Assembly: GCA_030704615.1 (NCBI GenBank)
Contig: CM060731.1
Location: 45,942,001-46,006,000, forward strand
Direction of reading: 5' to 3'
Origin: Takakia lepidozioides
Lineage: Eukaryota; Plantae; Bryophyta
DNA length: 64,000 bases
The translations under genes were made by a program, and so were the position numbers. Shown here piece after piece: positions 26,501 to 39,744 of the stretch. Position 1 is the stretch's first letter, and each line of letters opens with the position of its first letter. The notes beneath the pieces are model-generated. The model saw nothing but the letters and a program-made list of their open reading frames with translations. It was not told the origin of the DNA and did no database searches.

Positions 26501-29500
26501 TTCAACTTCTACACCAAAAGCCATGGCCATGATGGCTGGCTGGCACTTCCATAATCTTTTTCATAATGACTTTGACTCCCTGCAACCAACAGAAGAACAA
26601 ACATCATGTTTGATACACACCCCTACCCTGCTGTCCCACCAGTTCGCTTCCCATTAGAAGGAGAGTTCACAAATATAGAGCTGGGTGAAGCATTATCGAA
26701 ACTACAGAACAACAAATCTCCAGGCATAGACGGTTTATCGGTGGAATTTTACAAAGCATTGTGGCCGGAAATCTCCAGGGATTTCACTGCAATGGCAAAC
26801 CACGTGTTTCAACGGGGACACATGCCCACAATTATGACACAAGGAGTTATAACCTTACTCTATAAAAAGGGTGATAGAACAAACATATCGAATTATCGGC
26901 CCATAACCCTCCTCAATGTAGCTTACAAGATAGTGGCGAAGGCACTGGCCCTTAGATTGCAGCCTCTATTTCCAACTATAATTAGGCCAAATCAAACAGG
27001 GTTTATCAAGGGTAGATACATATTGGATAACCTCCTTCTAGCCCAGGAAATTCCAGACTTCGCTGCTAGAACAAACCAACCTATTGCCCTCCTTCTTTTA
27101 GACTTTGAGAAGGCTTTCGATCGTGGAGAATGGTCATACCTGCTGGCAGCCCTGGCCAAATTGAGTTTTCCCCAATCCTTTTGCAAATGGGTCAGGAAAT
27201 TACTCACCGATGCATCTAGCAGAGTCTCAATCAATGGCCATTTATCAGCTTCGTTCCCTCTGCAACGCTCAGTGAGGCAAGGGTGTCCCCTCTCACCTTT
27301 CCTGTTTCTGGTGGTGGCAGATACACTCGGCTATATGCTACAACAAAATCAGTTTATAAAGGGCCTCAGGGTCACTAACTACATCACCAGGCAGTACAAT
27401 TTCTTGGTAGACTCGATGTTGCTCTAAACAGATTCAGGAAATCGAGCGCCTGCTTAGGAACTTTGTTTGGGGAGCCAAAACCTCATCCCAAAACAAACGA
27501 CCGCATATAGCCTGGGCCCAAATCTGTTTACCCAAAAAAAAGGGGGGGTTAGGGATACTCGATCCAAACACAGATTGTAGCTCTTCTTGGCAAATGGATA
27601 CCCAGGTTTCTAGGGCTGGAGGGGGGATGGTGGAAATTCTTGGTCTATGACCACATTACAAAATCCTCCCCTCTCAAGACTACCCAAAGGAGCCCTTCCC
27701 TACGTTGGCTCACTCAAGGATTTAATCTTAAGACAATGGGATATGCTCTATGGTCTAACATCTGGTCAGCCTGGGGGCGGCTAAGGAAACTGCTTGTAAA
27801 AGCCCAGCCAAGTACCTTCTATGAAGTTAAGAGACAACACTTGTTTCTAAACGACACTCCTCTGACCCCTTCTCAGAAAAACCAGGCAAAAAAGTGGTCC
27901 AAATGGGACTGCCTTGGCATCAGACAAATTCATAACATATGGTCAGGGATCGGTTTCATATCTCTACAATCTATGGCTCAGGCTGTAGGCCTCGCAAGGG
28001 CCACAAAAGGCCACCAACAACTTGTTCAATCTGTACCAGTGCAGTGGTTGGCCACCCTTTCCGCAGGCCCTCCGGAACCAGTCCCAAAATCTTGGGCACT
28101 CATCAGACTTCACAACCAGCTTACCATTGTTTTTGTAGATGACATATCCATAAATGACATAGATGTTTTCACATTCGCCATCAACACCACCTCCCTAAAG
28201 ATTCACACTTACCTCTACAAAACCTTTGACAATCCAAACTATTCCTCTCACCCCAATCCGTGTCTGCTGCTGGACAGCCACGGATAAGGGAATGAATCCC
28301 TAGCTGCCCCCCCTCACTATCACCACTAGAGCTTGGCTAGCAACCAACTCCTTTGTTTGGATTTTGGGTAGGCCGCTGGCAGAATTGGATATTGATCCCT
28401 CCGAATGGTTATGGAAATTCAACACCACCCTAGAACCCTTCTTTGCATACACAACAAAAAAGGCTTAAAAAGCCATGTCAGTCACCCAACCCATGAACAA
28501 GAAATGGGAATCAAAATGGGGGCTCTACAACTTCCACGATGAGAACTGGAAAATCATTTGGGGCTCAGTGTGGATCAAAAACCTGGCCATCAAAGATAGC
28601 AGCTTTCCTTTGGCAGGTTGTTAATAGAGTTCTCAAAGTTGGGGAATGCCTATAGTTCCAGGGAGCCCTCTTGTGTGCTTGCTGTTCCACTGCAGTATTG
28701 GAATCCATCGAACATTGCCTTCTCTCATGTCAAGCACCAGCCAAAATCTGGCCATATGTTAAGTCATTCTATGATATTGGGACAGAAGACAGCTCACGGA
28801 TACAGACCTCATTCTTAACTATGACCCAACTTCCAAGAATAGAACCCTAAATTGCCCAGTTTTTGAAACCCTCAGAGCCTTTACGATGTGGCACTTATGG
28901 AAACTACGTTGTAAGAACACTTTCCAAGGCCACACAACAACAACATCCTCTCTCATTGCCATTGTTTTTTGGGACTTACAAACTGAGGCTAGGAAAGCAT
29001 GGGGCAAACTCTGTGCAGACATTGAACGTGACGCCACGAATGCAGCTGCGCTCCACAGGAAGTTTCAACACACCTGGGGCAGACAAGGCCTCATATACAG
29101 CAGCCCTATGCAAGACCAATATTGCAGCTAGAACGAGCTCCCCCCTCAAGCCTGGCGAGATCTTCGTGCACCACTCCACTCTTCCCCGGAGTTTGAACGG
29201 GACATTAACTGGAAACATCAAAAGCCTTCATTGACTGCTTCTAAGCTGCACTATAGATAGATCTCTCTCTCAGCCCCCCCATATTCAAAGATCTTCTTAC
29301 TCTCTCCCCACATCGCTCTCCCTGCGTCATCGTAGACAGGGTAGGGTATAAGTTGTTAAGATTTAGGTCTCGGGCAGAGAGCCTTGTTTTTTGGTCTCTT
29401 GGACTTTCTTCCAATCGGAGGTGTTTGGCTCCTGGATCACAGATCTTTGTGTAAATGTCCATCAGTAGTGGCACGGTATTTTGTTCTACAAACTTAATCT

Positions 29501-29510
29501 CCATCAGGAG
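23600..29510 (+). mobile_element. Decayed L1/Tx1-like LINE (ORF1 remnants, APE ~25270-26030, RT 26606-27380, zf-RVT ~28650-28760)
   Basis: SWNIRGL, NIYAPN, RLDRAY, DHAPI; KSPGIDG, NYRPITLLN, LLDFEKAFD, SVRQGCPLSP; C-terminal CxxC...EHCL. Ends approximate. Confidence 0.88.
23909..24473 (+). repeat. 5' part of a G1-family LTR inserted in the LINE
   Basis: Starts TGTCGCG, the inverted complement of CGCGACA ending at 5201; 24271-24473 matches 4853-5053. Confidence 0.8.
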
Positions 29511-29740
29511 ATGATTGGCTCTTAATACACTGAATACGGTGTGTGTGCCTTATGGCGACAACGGGGTTTTAATTTTTTTCCCCTCAATAATTATCAATAA
29601 AGTAACCAAGGATTCATTAAAAAATAAAATAAAAAATCGATTTAATGTCATGGTTTCATGGTTTTTTTTTAATTTAACGCATATTTGTTCCGGCGTTCAT
29701 CATTTATTGTCTTTTCCCTTAATATATATTTTTTGGTTTT

Positions 29741-29837
29741 TGTCGTGTACCTAAGCATCATGCCACAACATACACCGCTGTCCACCACACAATCTAAGCA
29801 CACAATCCTAGAAAGCTATACCACAATCGCCCCCCTA
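29741..29837 (-). repeat. Short 3' LTR (29741-29825) and polypurine tract (29826-29837)
   Basis: TGTCGTG...CCACA boundaries; minus-strand TAGGGGGGCGAT immediately upstream; same arrangement at 37549-37736. Confidence 0.7.
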
Positions 29838-30068
29838 GCTGGTGGTTAGGTCCCTCTAACTCCAGATAGCTACAAGATGTAATAGCCACAGCCGTACTAA
29901 GTCCCTATTGTACTCAAACTCTATAGACCAAGAGGCCGGGTCAAGAGCAACCCCATCGTTAGTTGCCGTCTTGCAATCTGTGAACTTGAGTCAGGATCTC
30001 GTGTGTTGGTCTCCTAGTAGCTTGGCCTTGCATTTCTTGTTAGCCTTCCATGGTTGTATCCACTCCCA

Positions 30069-30220
30069 CTATCCAATGCAATGCGGACATAACCAATCCC
30101 CATCATGAACCATCTCAAGAGGTGGAGTCAAGCATCCCATATGCCAACCTCTAGAGCATTGATCACACACCAGCATGGTGGCTGCCCCTTTAGCAGACCC
30201 ACACAACATGCACCTCAAAC
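30069..30220 (-). CDS. PHD finger at the C-terminus of the retroelement integrase
   Basis: CMLC...MLVCDQCSRGWHMGCLTPPL...GDWLCPHC (C4HC3); second copy near 37985-38135. Confidence 0.93.
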
Positions 30221-30299
30221 TTGCAGATACCACTGCCAGGTTTGGGTCAACCCTTCCATCAACATTTGGAAGGTGACATGGCGCGCAATTACGCACATG

Positions 30300-31330
30300 G
30301 TCCTTCCAAATCATGTCATCCCGACCCTCCAAGATCAGGACTCCTGAGGGCAACACCTCTCGAACCCTCAAAATAGTACGTCCTGCAGTCACATCCAAGG
30401 TCGTAGGAGCAGTTTGCTGCAGATAAACATAGTCACCAGGGTTGAATCTCCGAACCCCTGGACGATAGCCCCACCACGTATGGTAGCATACCTCAACGTA
30501 TCACGATGTTGTGCAATGACAAGGTTCCCGAAAGCCATGGGCATGACTTTCTTGAACAACTCTGCACGCTGCTCACATGCACATGCCCACACGTCCGGAT
30601 CGTCAAGGTTAAGAACTGTAGCAGCTTCTCTGCGAATGGATGTAGGCAAATCCGGTTCTCGGCCAAAGAGAAGAAAGTATGGTGAGAAGGAGGCAAATGA
30701 TGCTTGCTTGCTGAACCTGTAGCCCATGGCTAACCAGGGTAACTGAAGGTCCCAATCTCCTAGGTGTCCCTTCTGCAAGCCATACTTGCGCAAACCCCTC
30801 TTTACTGTCTGAACAACTCTCTCTGCCAAGCCAATCGTCAGGATGATCACGAGAAGTGGTGCGGTGGTCTATCAAGGCCTTGTCACACAAAGCCTGAAAC
30901 TCCCCCAAGAACTCTCTCCATTGGTCCGTGAGTACCTCAGCTGGAGCACCGAATCGGCTAAGCACACAATCCAAGAATGCATACGCAGCTCCCTCACTAG
31001 CCTTATCAGACAATGGAACCAATTCAATCCACTTGGAGAAGTGCTCCACCATCACCAACACATACTTGTTGTGGCGCATGGTCAGTGGCAATGGCCCTGC
31101 GAAGTCAAGACTCCACCTGTAGCCCAATCCTATGATCGGAAGAGGGTGCAATTGTGGAGTAGGGGCGTTGAATGAAGCACGCACCTTGTCACACACCATG
31201 CACCTAGCCACAAATTGTTGCACCTCTGTGTGCATACCACGCCACCAATACTGCCCCTACAGTAGACTATGAGTGTGTCGCACCCCAAAATGCCCCAACT
31301 CCTCATAGGCATGTCGCACTAACCGTGCCC
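30300..31330 (-). pseudogene. Integrase (HHCC zinc finger and DDE core)
   Basis: GHFGVR...CMVC; WSLDFAGP, VLTDQ, GLAERVVQTVK; frameshifts and a stop. Confidence 0.92.
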
Positions 31331-31739
31331 GCTGTGTTGGGTGAGGCACAATCCTCACTCGACCATCCTCCCACACTTGGAGCAGGTGTGTCCCCTCCCA
31401 CTTGAACCTCTTGGCTCGTTGTAGGATCCGATCCCTCTCCTTGGCAGTCATAGTGGCTGCAGTGTCTCCAGTGCGGAGGTAGTCCAACACAACTGAATCC
31501 TCATGTATATCTTTGGTGCCACCTTGCTCATTGCTGGCCTCAGGGTCCTCAGACACTTGATCTACAGTCATCCCTATTGCAGGTCCAACCTGGCCTTCCG
31601 CTGCCAAGATACACAGAAATGCAGATGCATGCCATCCGGGCACCATCTCCTCGTCCGTCTCACCATGCCACCGAGCTCCAGTGTCATCCTGCTGGCTCGT
31701 GCATGGATTGCGACTCAACCCATTTGCATTGCGATTGAC

Positions 31740-33058
31740 CAAACCCGGTGGATGCACCACCTGAAAGTCATACTCTTGAAGGATGAGTGCCCACCGTGCA
31801 AGCTTCCCCGTAAGCTTGTCTGACTCCATCAACCACTTGAGTGGTTGGTGATCCGTGACAAGGGTGAAGAGATTAATGCCGTATAGATAGCACCTGAAGT
31901 GTGCTACGGCCCACACTGCAGCTAAGTATTCTCCCTCATATGAGCTATACTTAGACTCTGCAACGTTGTTCGAGCGGCTAGCATAAGCCACTACGAACTC
32001 TCTTCCCTCATCATCCACCTGTGTGAGCACCGCTCCAAGCCCCAGCATGCTCCAATTGTATGCAGCTGAAAAGGACGCCCCCTGATAGGTCGTCTCAAGA
32101 TAGGCGCCGAGGTTAACCTCGCCTTGAGCTCTTGAAAAGCTTGTTCTTGCTCATCTTCCCACTGCCACTCCTGGTCCACCTTGGTCAGCTTGATTAGAGC
32201 CTTTGCAATGGCACTAAATCCCTTAACAAACCGTCTATAATAGTTTGTTAACCCCATGAAAGCTCAAACTCGGCTCACATCCGTGGGGCGTGGAACTTGT
32301 GCAATGGACTCTACCTTAGTCTGCTGTACCCCCAATCCTCCAGGATATATCATGTGATCTAGATACTCAATCTGGTTGTGGAAAAACTTGCACTTTCCTG
32401 GATGTAACTTCAATCCGTGCGCCCTCAAGCGCTCAATACCCCCTGAAGGTGTCTCTCATGCTCTTCCACCGTAGCACTAAAGATGATGATGTCATCTATG
32501 TAGCACCGAGCAAACTTCACCCCTGCTAGAATCCTGACCATGACTCTCTGAAACTCTGCCGGAGCGTTCTTAAGCCCAAATGGTAAGAACCGCCACTGGT
32601 ATAGGCAATCCTTCCCGTGCTCATTGATCCCCCAGAATGCCGTCTTTGATCGGCAACTGGTGATATCCGGATCGTAAATCCAACGTGCTAAAGACCTTGG
32701 CATGCCCAATGGCATCAAAGATCTCCTCTGGTGTTGGCATGGCATACCTATCGGACTTGGTCTGACGATTTACAGGCCGGTAATCACCGCACATACGTCT
32801 CTCCGTCCAATTGCCAAAGACATCCTTCTTGGCTGACATCACTGTGGCTGAAGCATACTCTCCCCCAGATAGCTCCACCAAACCAGCCTCCCAAAGGTCC
32901 TGAGTTCTCATCTGAATCAAGGACCTCTCCATGTCACTGTATCTATAGGGTCTCCGAAAGATTGGCGTGTCAGTAGCCAATTCAATGCGAATCTCTTGAC
33001 CCTTCAGTGCTCCTAAGTCCTTCAAACTGAAGGCAAAGCAGTTCCTATAAGCCCTCAA
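31740..33058 (-). pseudogene. Reverse transcriptase and RNase H
   Basis: RMCGDYRPVN, FSTLDLRSGYHQ, LPFGLKNAPAEFQR, YIDDIII, NYYRRFV, VVAYASRS, TDHQPLKW; frameshifts. Confidence 0.93.
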
Positions 33059-33489
33059 GAACCGCCATATACGTCGTCTATCTCCTCCGGTGACTATAGG
33101 TCCAACATCAGGCTCCCAGTTGTCCTCTGTGACTGCAACCTTGAGTCCAGCAGGCTTAGAGGTAGAAGACGCGTCCCGTGGTTGCTATGCTGCAACCTCT
33201 TGAGCAGTGACCACTGCCTCCTCTGTCAGTGACAATGTCTCATCATGCCCCATCATCCCATCCTTGAGGACCTCCTCAATCCGAGAAAAATCCCCAACCT
33301 GATCCATCACCGCCGCCTTGGCTGCCAACTCCTTCTGAACCTCGAGCACCTCCCACGTGTGCCATGGATGCGGCCTGCACCTCGTGGTCCTCACCTGCTC
33401 GCCCCCACTTGCTGCCTGTACCGTCTCGGTAGGCAGGGAGACCATGAAGGGAAGTGTACTCCGTACTCTGCGCTGCTCAGCCATAGCCA

Positions 33490-34443
33490 AGCTGATAATC
33501 CAGGTCAAGCAATTGAGATCCATTGCTTGCCCCAACACCTGACGACGTGATGCCTCAGAAAGAGATGGCACCGCCGTGGTACCTGTGGTAAAACCCATCG
33601 CCCGCTCGCGCTCGTCAACATTGGGCTCCACTAATTGTTGCAACTGGCTATCCCACAAGAGGTCAGGTCCACCATCCCGAAAAGCATGGGATCCTGGGAA
33701 GCTGAGCAGTGTAGGTAATGCTGCTCGTGGTTGACCCACCCTGTTGACCACTGCCAAAGGCGAACGGTCATTGTGTCTCACACGTTGATAATGCCTCCCT
33801 GTGTCCAAAATGCTATCCACTGTGAGGTGTGCTGGCCGCTGCACCCCATCAAATGCACGCTTGAGCAGTACGGGTGGCATCAAGTTAGTCCACCATAGCC
33901 GTGGACGATGAGCCCATGACCCCACTGCAGCTGCATCCAACAACACTGCTGACCCAAGCCACGACCGGACTTGATGCACACTGGCCATCACCCTGGCCCG
34001 AGAATCACCTATCAGTGGCACATTCTCCAAGATGTATGCTGGAGATACAGCTTGATGAAGCTGCAAGTGGCGCAAAATCCGCACCATCTCCCAAAACAGA
34101 CCCGTCCTCGAGTCTCACAATCCATTGCCATGCCCGGCTGATGAATGCCCTTGGCAGGGCCAACCTGCCACTACCAGATCAATGGAGCCAACCCGCTCCA
34201 AATCCTGCGCCCCCAGCAACAAAATGTCTGCTGACAAGGCTTGTTGGTATCCACGAACTGCAGACACTGGCAACAAATCAGGGTACTGCTGTACCAACTG
34301 AGCAACATGGCGCAGTGAGATGCGTCATGCAGTCTCATCCCTCTCCACATACAGGTAACGTCGAACTCGTATACCTGCCTGCAATACTGCAGCCAATCCA
34401 GTGTTGATCCCGCCAAACAAGTCCAGAAGGCATATGCTTTCAT
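33490..34443 (-). pseudogene. DNMT3-like C5 cytosine DNA methyltransferase domain inside the retroelement polyprotein
   Basis: Motif I LDLFGGINTG, II VERD, IV DLVVAGWPCQG (catalytic PC), VI ILENV, VIII HRPRLWWTNL, IX ERERAMGF, X RRQVLGQAMD. Same frame as the protease and the RT start; two TGA stops (34325, 34115). Confidence 0.93.
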
Positions 34444-34829
34444 CCGGGCACTGCCACACAAGAGGTGTGGTGTCCAATGGCGACAACTGAGGTGGTCCTG
34501 GTGCAATCACCACACTCTCCTCTTCTCCTGACGGTACGAAGGCCTCTACCCAGGCTTGTTGTACCCGTCCATCAGCAGCCTGCTGCAAATCCTTGCTCGT
34601 ACCCCATAATAGAGTGTGAGCAACCATGGCAGGCAACTCCGCCGTACCATGCATGTCATCCTGCTCTGCTGGAGGTGGCACATCCTCTGCATGGGCATTG
34701 CCTTCCAGCAACTCTCCATGCCAACTAACTGCAGCTGTAAAGGCGGCTAGTGTTGGCAGCTTGCCCCGCTGGGCAGCCGCAATACCCCCAATGAATGTCA
34801 CAGGGAGCTGTGCACGACGACCATCCCCT

Positions 34830-35200
34830 GACTGCCATCCAGGCCTGTAGGATGCTGACTCCTCCCAAAAGTCCAGGGTGAAGCCCATGGGATATAACAC
34901 TACCCCACCAATAAGGACATTGTAAGAGACCGCGTCTGTCACAATGGCCTTGGCTCGCATCACTGAGTCATCTACAGGATGATCTGGTTGTAGTCCAATG
35001 GTCAACTCACGCCGTGTCATGCCCCGAGCCTGCTCTGATCCTCCCAGAGATGTCTGTATCTGGAAAGGACAAGGCTCCATATCCGCCTCCATGAGGCCCA
35101 AACCTGCAATAGTAGCTCTGCCCAACATCAGTGGCTGAGCTCCTGAGTCCAACAAGACCCGCAGTGGCCGGTACTTCTTGCCTGCCGGTCCACTCAAAGT
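34830..35200 (-). CDS. Retropepsin-like aspartic protease domain
   Basis: RVLLDSGAQPLM active site and downstream YNVLIGG motif. Confidence 0.82.
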
Positions 35201-35719
35201 GAAAATGCCTCCCTGGTTGTCTAACAAGACAACTCCAGGTGTCACCATGGCGCGCTCAAAGGCTGGCCTAGCTGGCAGCTCCGTCAACCTGGCAGCTGCA
35301 GCTTGCCATGGCGCAGCCGTGGTAGTCTTGACCCTCAAATCCGAGGATCCCTTTGCCACTACACCTTCCAGTAACTCCGCAGAAGATGAAGTGACCTCCC
35401 CACTCTCGCAGAGTGTTGCTGCTAGTCTGAACACCTCAGCTGGTCTTAACCCCGACGTCGCAATCATGGTTGCCGAGAATAGTGGGGCTTGACACACAGA
35501 GGTCGCTACCCCCAATAACACACCGGCTGTACTAGCCTTGGTAGCAGGTGTCAGTGCTGCACGTGTAGCTCTCCCCAATGGCATAGTAACCTCCGCCTCG
35601 GTAACAGTCGGGCGAGAACTAGGTGCCATGGATGGCGTCGACACTGTCTCCGCCAATGTGAATGACTGAGGAAGCCTCGTCTGACGGCTTGCCTCCCCAC
35701 GCTGTGGATCTAATTCCAC

Positions 35720-37030
35720 CTCTGCACCTTGTGGCTCAGGAACTCGTGCTGCTCATCGAGTCACGGCTGCAGCAGACTCCACCTGCACTAGTGGTAGTGC
35801 TGCTCCGCACATGAATCCCATGCCTCCCATATCTCCTCCCTCATGAGCAGGAGGTGGACCATCCCGCCTGGGAGCCGGTACCACCTGAGCTGTAGCCATG
35901 GCAGCGAGCCTCTGCTCTAGCTGCTGAAGCCAGTTGGCCATGTCTTGGTCAACACCCTGACCTTCGCGTCCTTGGCCATGTTGAGCTTGCCCTTGGCCTG
36001 CACCTCGTGCCTGACCACCTCGTCCTCTCTGGTCTGGTCCACCTCGCCCCCGGCCACCATTGTTCCCTTGGAACTAGCCTGGGCGCAACTCAGGGTGCAA
36101 GTCATAACACTGGGCATCTCCATGCCCATACTTGCCATAATGCCCACACTGCAACTGTGCAGGCTGTGCTTGTGCCTGCCTTCTGCCACTCTTTGGGCAA
36201 TCTCTCTTGACATGGGGTCCTCCACATGTCCAACATATCACCCCTGGTTGTTGTTGGCCTGCAAAAGATGCAACGGGCCTCTGCACCTGAGGTCCCCTGT
36301 AAGCTCCATGGAACTTGGGTTGGGCAACCTTGCCCCCCTGACCACGCTGTTGGGCAGTCCCTTGTACCTGTTGGCTGGCAGCTGCACCTTGTGTAGGCAT
36401 GTCCTTGCCAAATCCAATGATAACAACTCGCTCCTCCACCATGTTGAGCTCAATCCGCTCAGCCAGCAGAAATACATCCGCTAATGTGGATTGGGCCGCT
36501 TGTAACCGGGTTGCATCCCGCACCCTTCTCTTGAGCTCCTTGTCCAAAATTCCATACCAGAACTAGACTGCCTGAGCTTTAGTAACCCCTTGGGTCACAC
36601 TTATCAAGCGCCTCATACGAGTGTAGGCCTCTCACAAACTCTCACTGGATTTGCGCTGGAAGTCTTGCAAACTTCGCAGCTTCTCTGTCCGTACACCTTG
36701 GTAGTTCCTCCGCAACTCCTGGAAGAACTCCACCACCGGGTTGAATCTAGGCTCATGTGTTGTAATTGTGGCAGGAGGAGTAGTAGCACCTTTTGAACTG
36801 GTACCACCTGCAGAAGTGCCGGCACTACTTGTTCCACTACTAGTGCTTGTAGTTGGAGATGTTTGTGTAGCTGCTGGTGTCACCGCTGCCATTGTGCCTC
36901 TAGTGATTGAGACATAGTTAGGTGACCAATACTCTCGCCACTCTTCAATCTTCACCGCATGTCCCTGCCTAAATTCATGGTAATCATCCATGGGCGGCCC
37001 CTCAAGGTGCTGGAATAGCCCCTTCCACGC
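35720..37030 (-). pseudogene. gag C-terminal part with two zinc knuckles
   Basis: CWTCGGPHVKRDC and CGHYGKYGHGDAQC; continues in frame into the protease through point stops. Confidence 0.8.
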
Positions 37031-37548
37031 TGTCGTGCACATACATATCGCTACACAACTACATCGTTGTCCAAAACCACACAACACATGTGCACACCAC
37101 ACACTAGTATACCACTAGTCCACCACTAGTCCAGCCATTAGTCCAACCACTAGGCTACAACTAGTCAGTCACTAGGCTGCCACTATGCTGCCCATTATGG
37201 CAGTCACTAGTCCACACAATGATAAAGAAGAAGAATACAAGCACAAGCTCATGCGAGCTCACAAAGCTGAAGCATAAACTCATGCATATATAACCTCATC
37301 ACTCAAATACAAGTCAAGCCAAGTGCACCCCACGCCATGGGGAATCCACACTACGGCGCCATAGCTAGGCGCGGTGAGGCTCAACTCGAGAAAGATTAGC
37401 CTCCCGCGCTTGCCGTGAAGATAACCACTCCAGGGCCTAAATCTGCCTTGACCCCTGGATTGACACTTGGGCCAATCCCAAATGTCAATATGTAAAAGCT
37501 AGCTATTTCCTAGCTAGTTTCACACTAGTGGTAAAATAACTTGACAGC

Positions 37549-39744
37549 TGTCGTGCGCATACATATCGCTACACAACTACATCGTTGTCCAAAACCACAC
37601 AACACATGTGCACACCACACACTAGTATACCACTAGTCCACCACTAGTCCAACCACTAGGCTACAACTAGTCAGTCACTAGGCTGCCACTATGCTGCCCA
37701 TTATGGCAGTCACTAGTCCACACAATCGCCCCCCTAGCTGGTGCTTAGGTCCCTCTAAGTCCGGGTAGCCACAAGATGTGATAGTGACCATAGCCTCACT
37801 AAGTCCTCCACCACTATCCCTACTACACTCAAACTCGATAGATCAAGAGGCCGGGTGCAAGAGTTGCCCCATCGTTAGTCGCCGTCTTGCAACCTGTGAA
37901 CTTGAGCTTGGGATCTCATGTATTGACTCCTATGAGCTTGGCCTCCCATGTTTTGTTAGCTGCCTCCAGTCATGTCCATTGCCACTATCCCAAGCAGTGT
38001 GGACACAACCAATCTCCGTCAGGAACCTTCTCAAGAGGTGGTGTCAAGCATCCCATATGCCAACCCCTTGAGCATCGATCACAAACCAGCATGGTGGCTG
38101 CCCCTTTGGCAGACCCACAGAGCATGCACCTCAAACCTGCAGGTACCACTGCCAAGTTTGGGTCAACTCTGCCATCGACATTGGGAAGGTGACATGGCGC
38201 ACAATTACGCACATGGTCCTTCCAAGTCATGCCATCCCGATGCCAAGATACACAAAAAGGCAGATGCATGCCATCCCGGCACCATCTCCTCGTCCGTCTC
38301 ACCATGCCACCGAGCTCCAGTGTCATCCTGCTGGCTCGTGCATGGATTGCGACTCAATCCATCCGCATCCATATTGACCAAACCCAGTCGATGCACAACC
38401 TGAACATGTCTCTCATGCTCATCCACCGTAGCACGAAAGGCAAAGCAATTCCTGTAAGCCTCAGGAACCGCCGTATACGTCGTCTCTCTCCTCTAGTGAC
38501 AATAGGTCCAATGTCAGGCTCCCAATTGCCCTTCATAACTGCAACCTTAAGTCCAGCAGACTTAGAGGTAGAGGACACGTCCCGTGGTTGCTATGGAGCA
38601 GTACGGGTGGCATCAAGTTAGTCCACCATAGCCGTGGACGATGAGCCCGTGACCCCACTGTAGCTGCATCTAGCAATACTGCTGACCCAAGCCACGACCG
38701 GACTTGATGCACACTGGCCATCACCCTGGCCCGAGAATCGCCCATCAGTGGCACATTCTCTAAGATGTATGCTGGAGATACAGCTTGATGAAGCTGCAAG
38801 TGGCGCAAAATCCGCACCATCTCCCAAAACAGACCCGACCTCGAGTCTCGCAATCCATTGCCATGCCCGGCTGATGAATGCCCTTGGCAGGGCCAACCTA
38901 CCACTACCAAATCAATGGAGCCAACCCGCTCCAAATCCTGCGCCCCCAGCAACGAAATGTCTGCTGGCAAGGCCTGTTGATATCCAGGAATTGCAGACAC
39001 CGACAACAACTCAGGGTACCACTGCACCAACTGAGCAACATGGCGAAGTGAAACGCGTCGTGCAGTCTCATCCCTCTCCACATACAGGTAACGCCGAACT
39101 CGTACACCTGCCTGTAACACAGCAGCCAATCCGGTGCTGATCCCGCCAAACAAGTCCAGAAGATAAATGCCTTCATCCGGATACTGCCACACAATAGGTG
39201 TGGTGTCCACTGGAGACAACTGAGGTGGTCCTGGTGCAATCCCCGCACTCTCCTCCTCTCCTGACGGTACAAAAGCCTCCACCCAGGCTTGTTGCACCCG
39301 TCGATCAGCATCCCGCTGCAAATCCTTGCTCGTGCCCCACAATGGAGTCTGAACAACCATGGTAGGCAACTCCGCCATACCATACATGTCATCCTGCTCT
39401 CCCGGAGGTGGTACATCCTCTGAATGAGCATTGCCCTCAAGCAACTCTCTAGGCCAACTCACTGCCGCTGTGAATGCTGCTACTGTAGGCATCTTGCCTC
39501 GCTGGACAACCGTAACTCCTCCTATGAACGTCACAGGGAGCTGCACACGCCGGCCCTCCCCTGACTGCCATGCAGGCCTATAGGAAGCTGACTCCTCCCA
39601 AAAATCCAGGGTGAAGCCCATGGGGTACAACACTGTCCCACCAACCAGGACATCGTATGAGACCGCGTCTGCCACAATGGCCTTGGCTCGCATCATTGAG
39701 CCATCTGTAGGGTGTAGTCTGATAGCCAGCTCACGCCGTGTCAT
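37549..39744 (-). mobile_element. Internally deleted non-autonomous copy of the DNMT-PHD element
   Basis: LTR 37549-37724 (second copy 37031-37218), PPT, 3' UTR, PHD, small RH/RT scraps, and a 403-aa open frame with DNMT motifs I-VIII. Confidence 0.88.

Noticed and set aside
33490-34443. Host DNMT3/DRM gene or bacterial restriction-modification methylase
   Set aside because: Intronless, in frame between protease and RT, and present at the same position in a second element copy; motif order is not the permuted DRM order.
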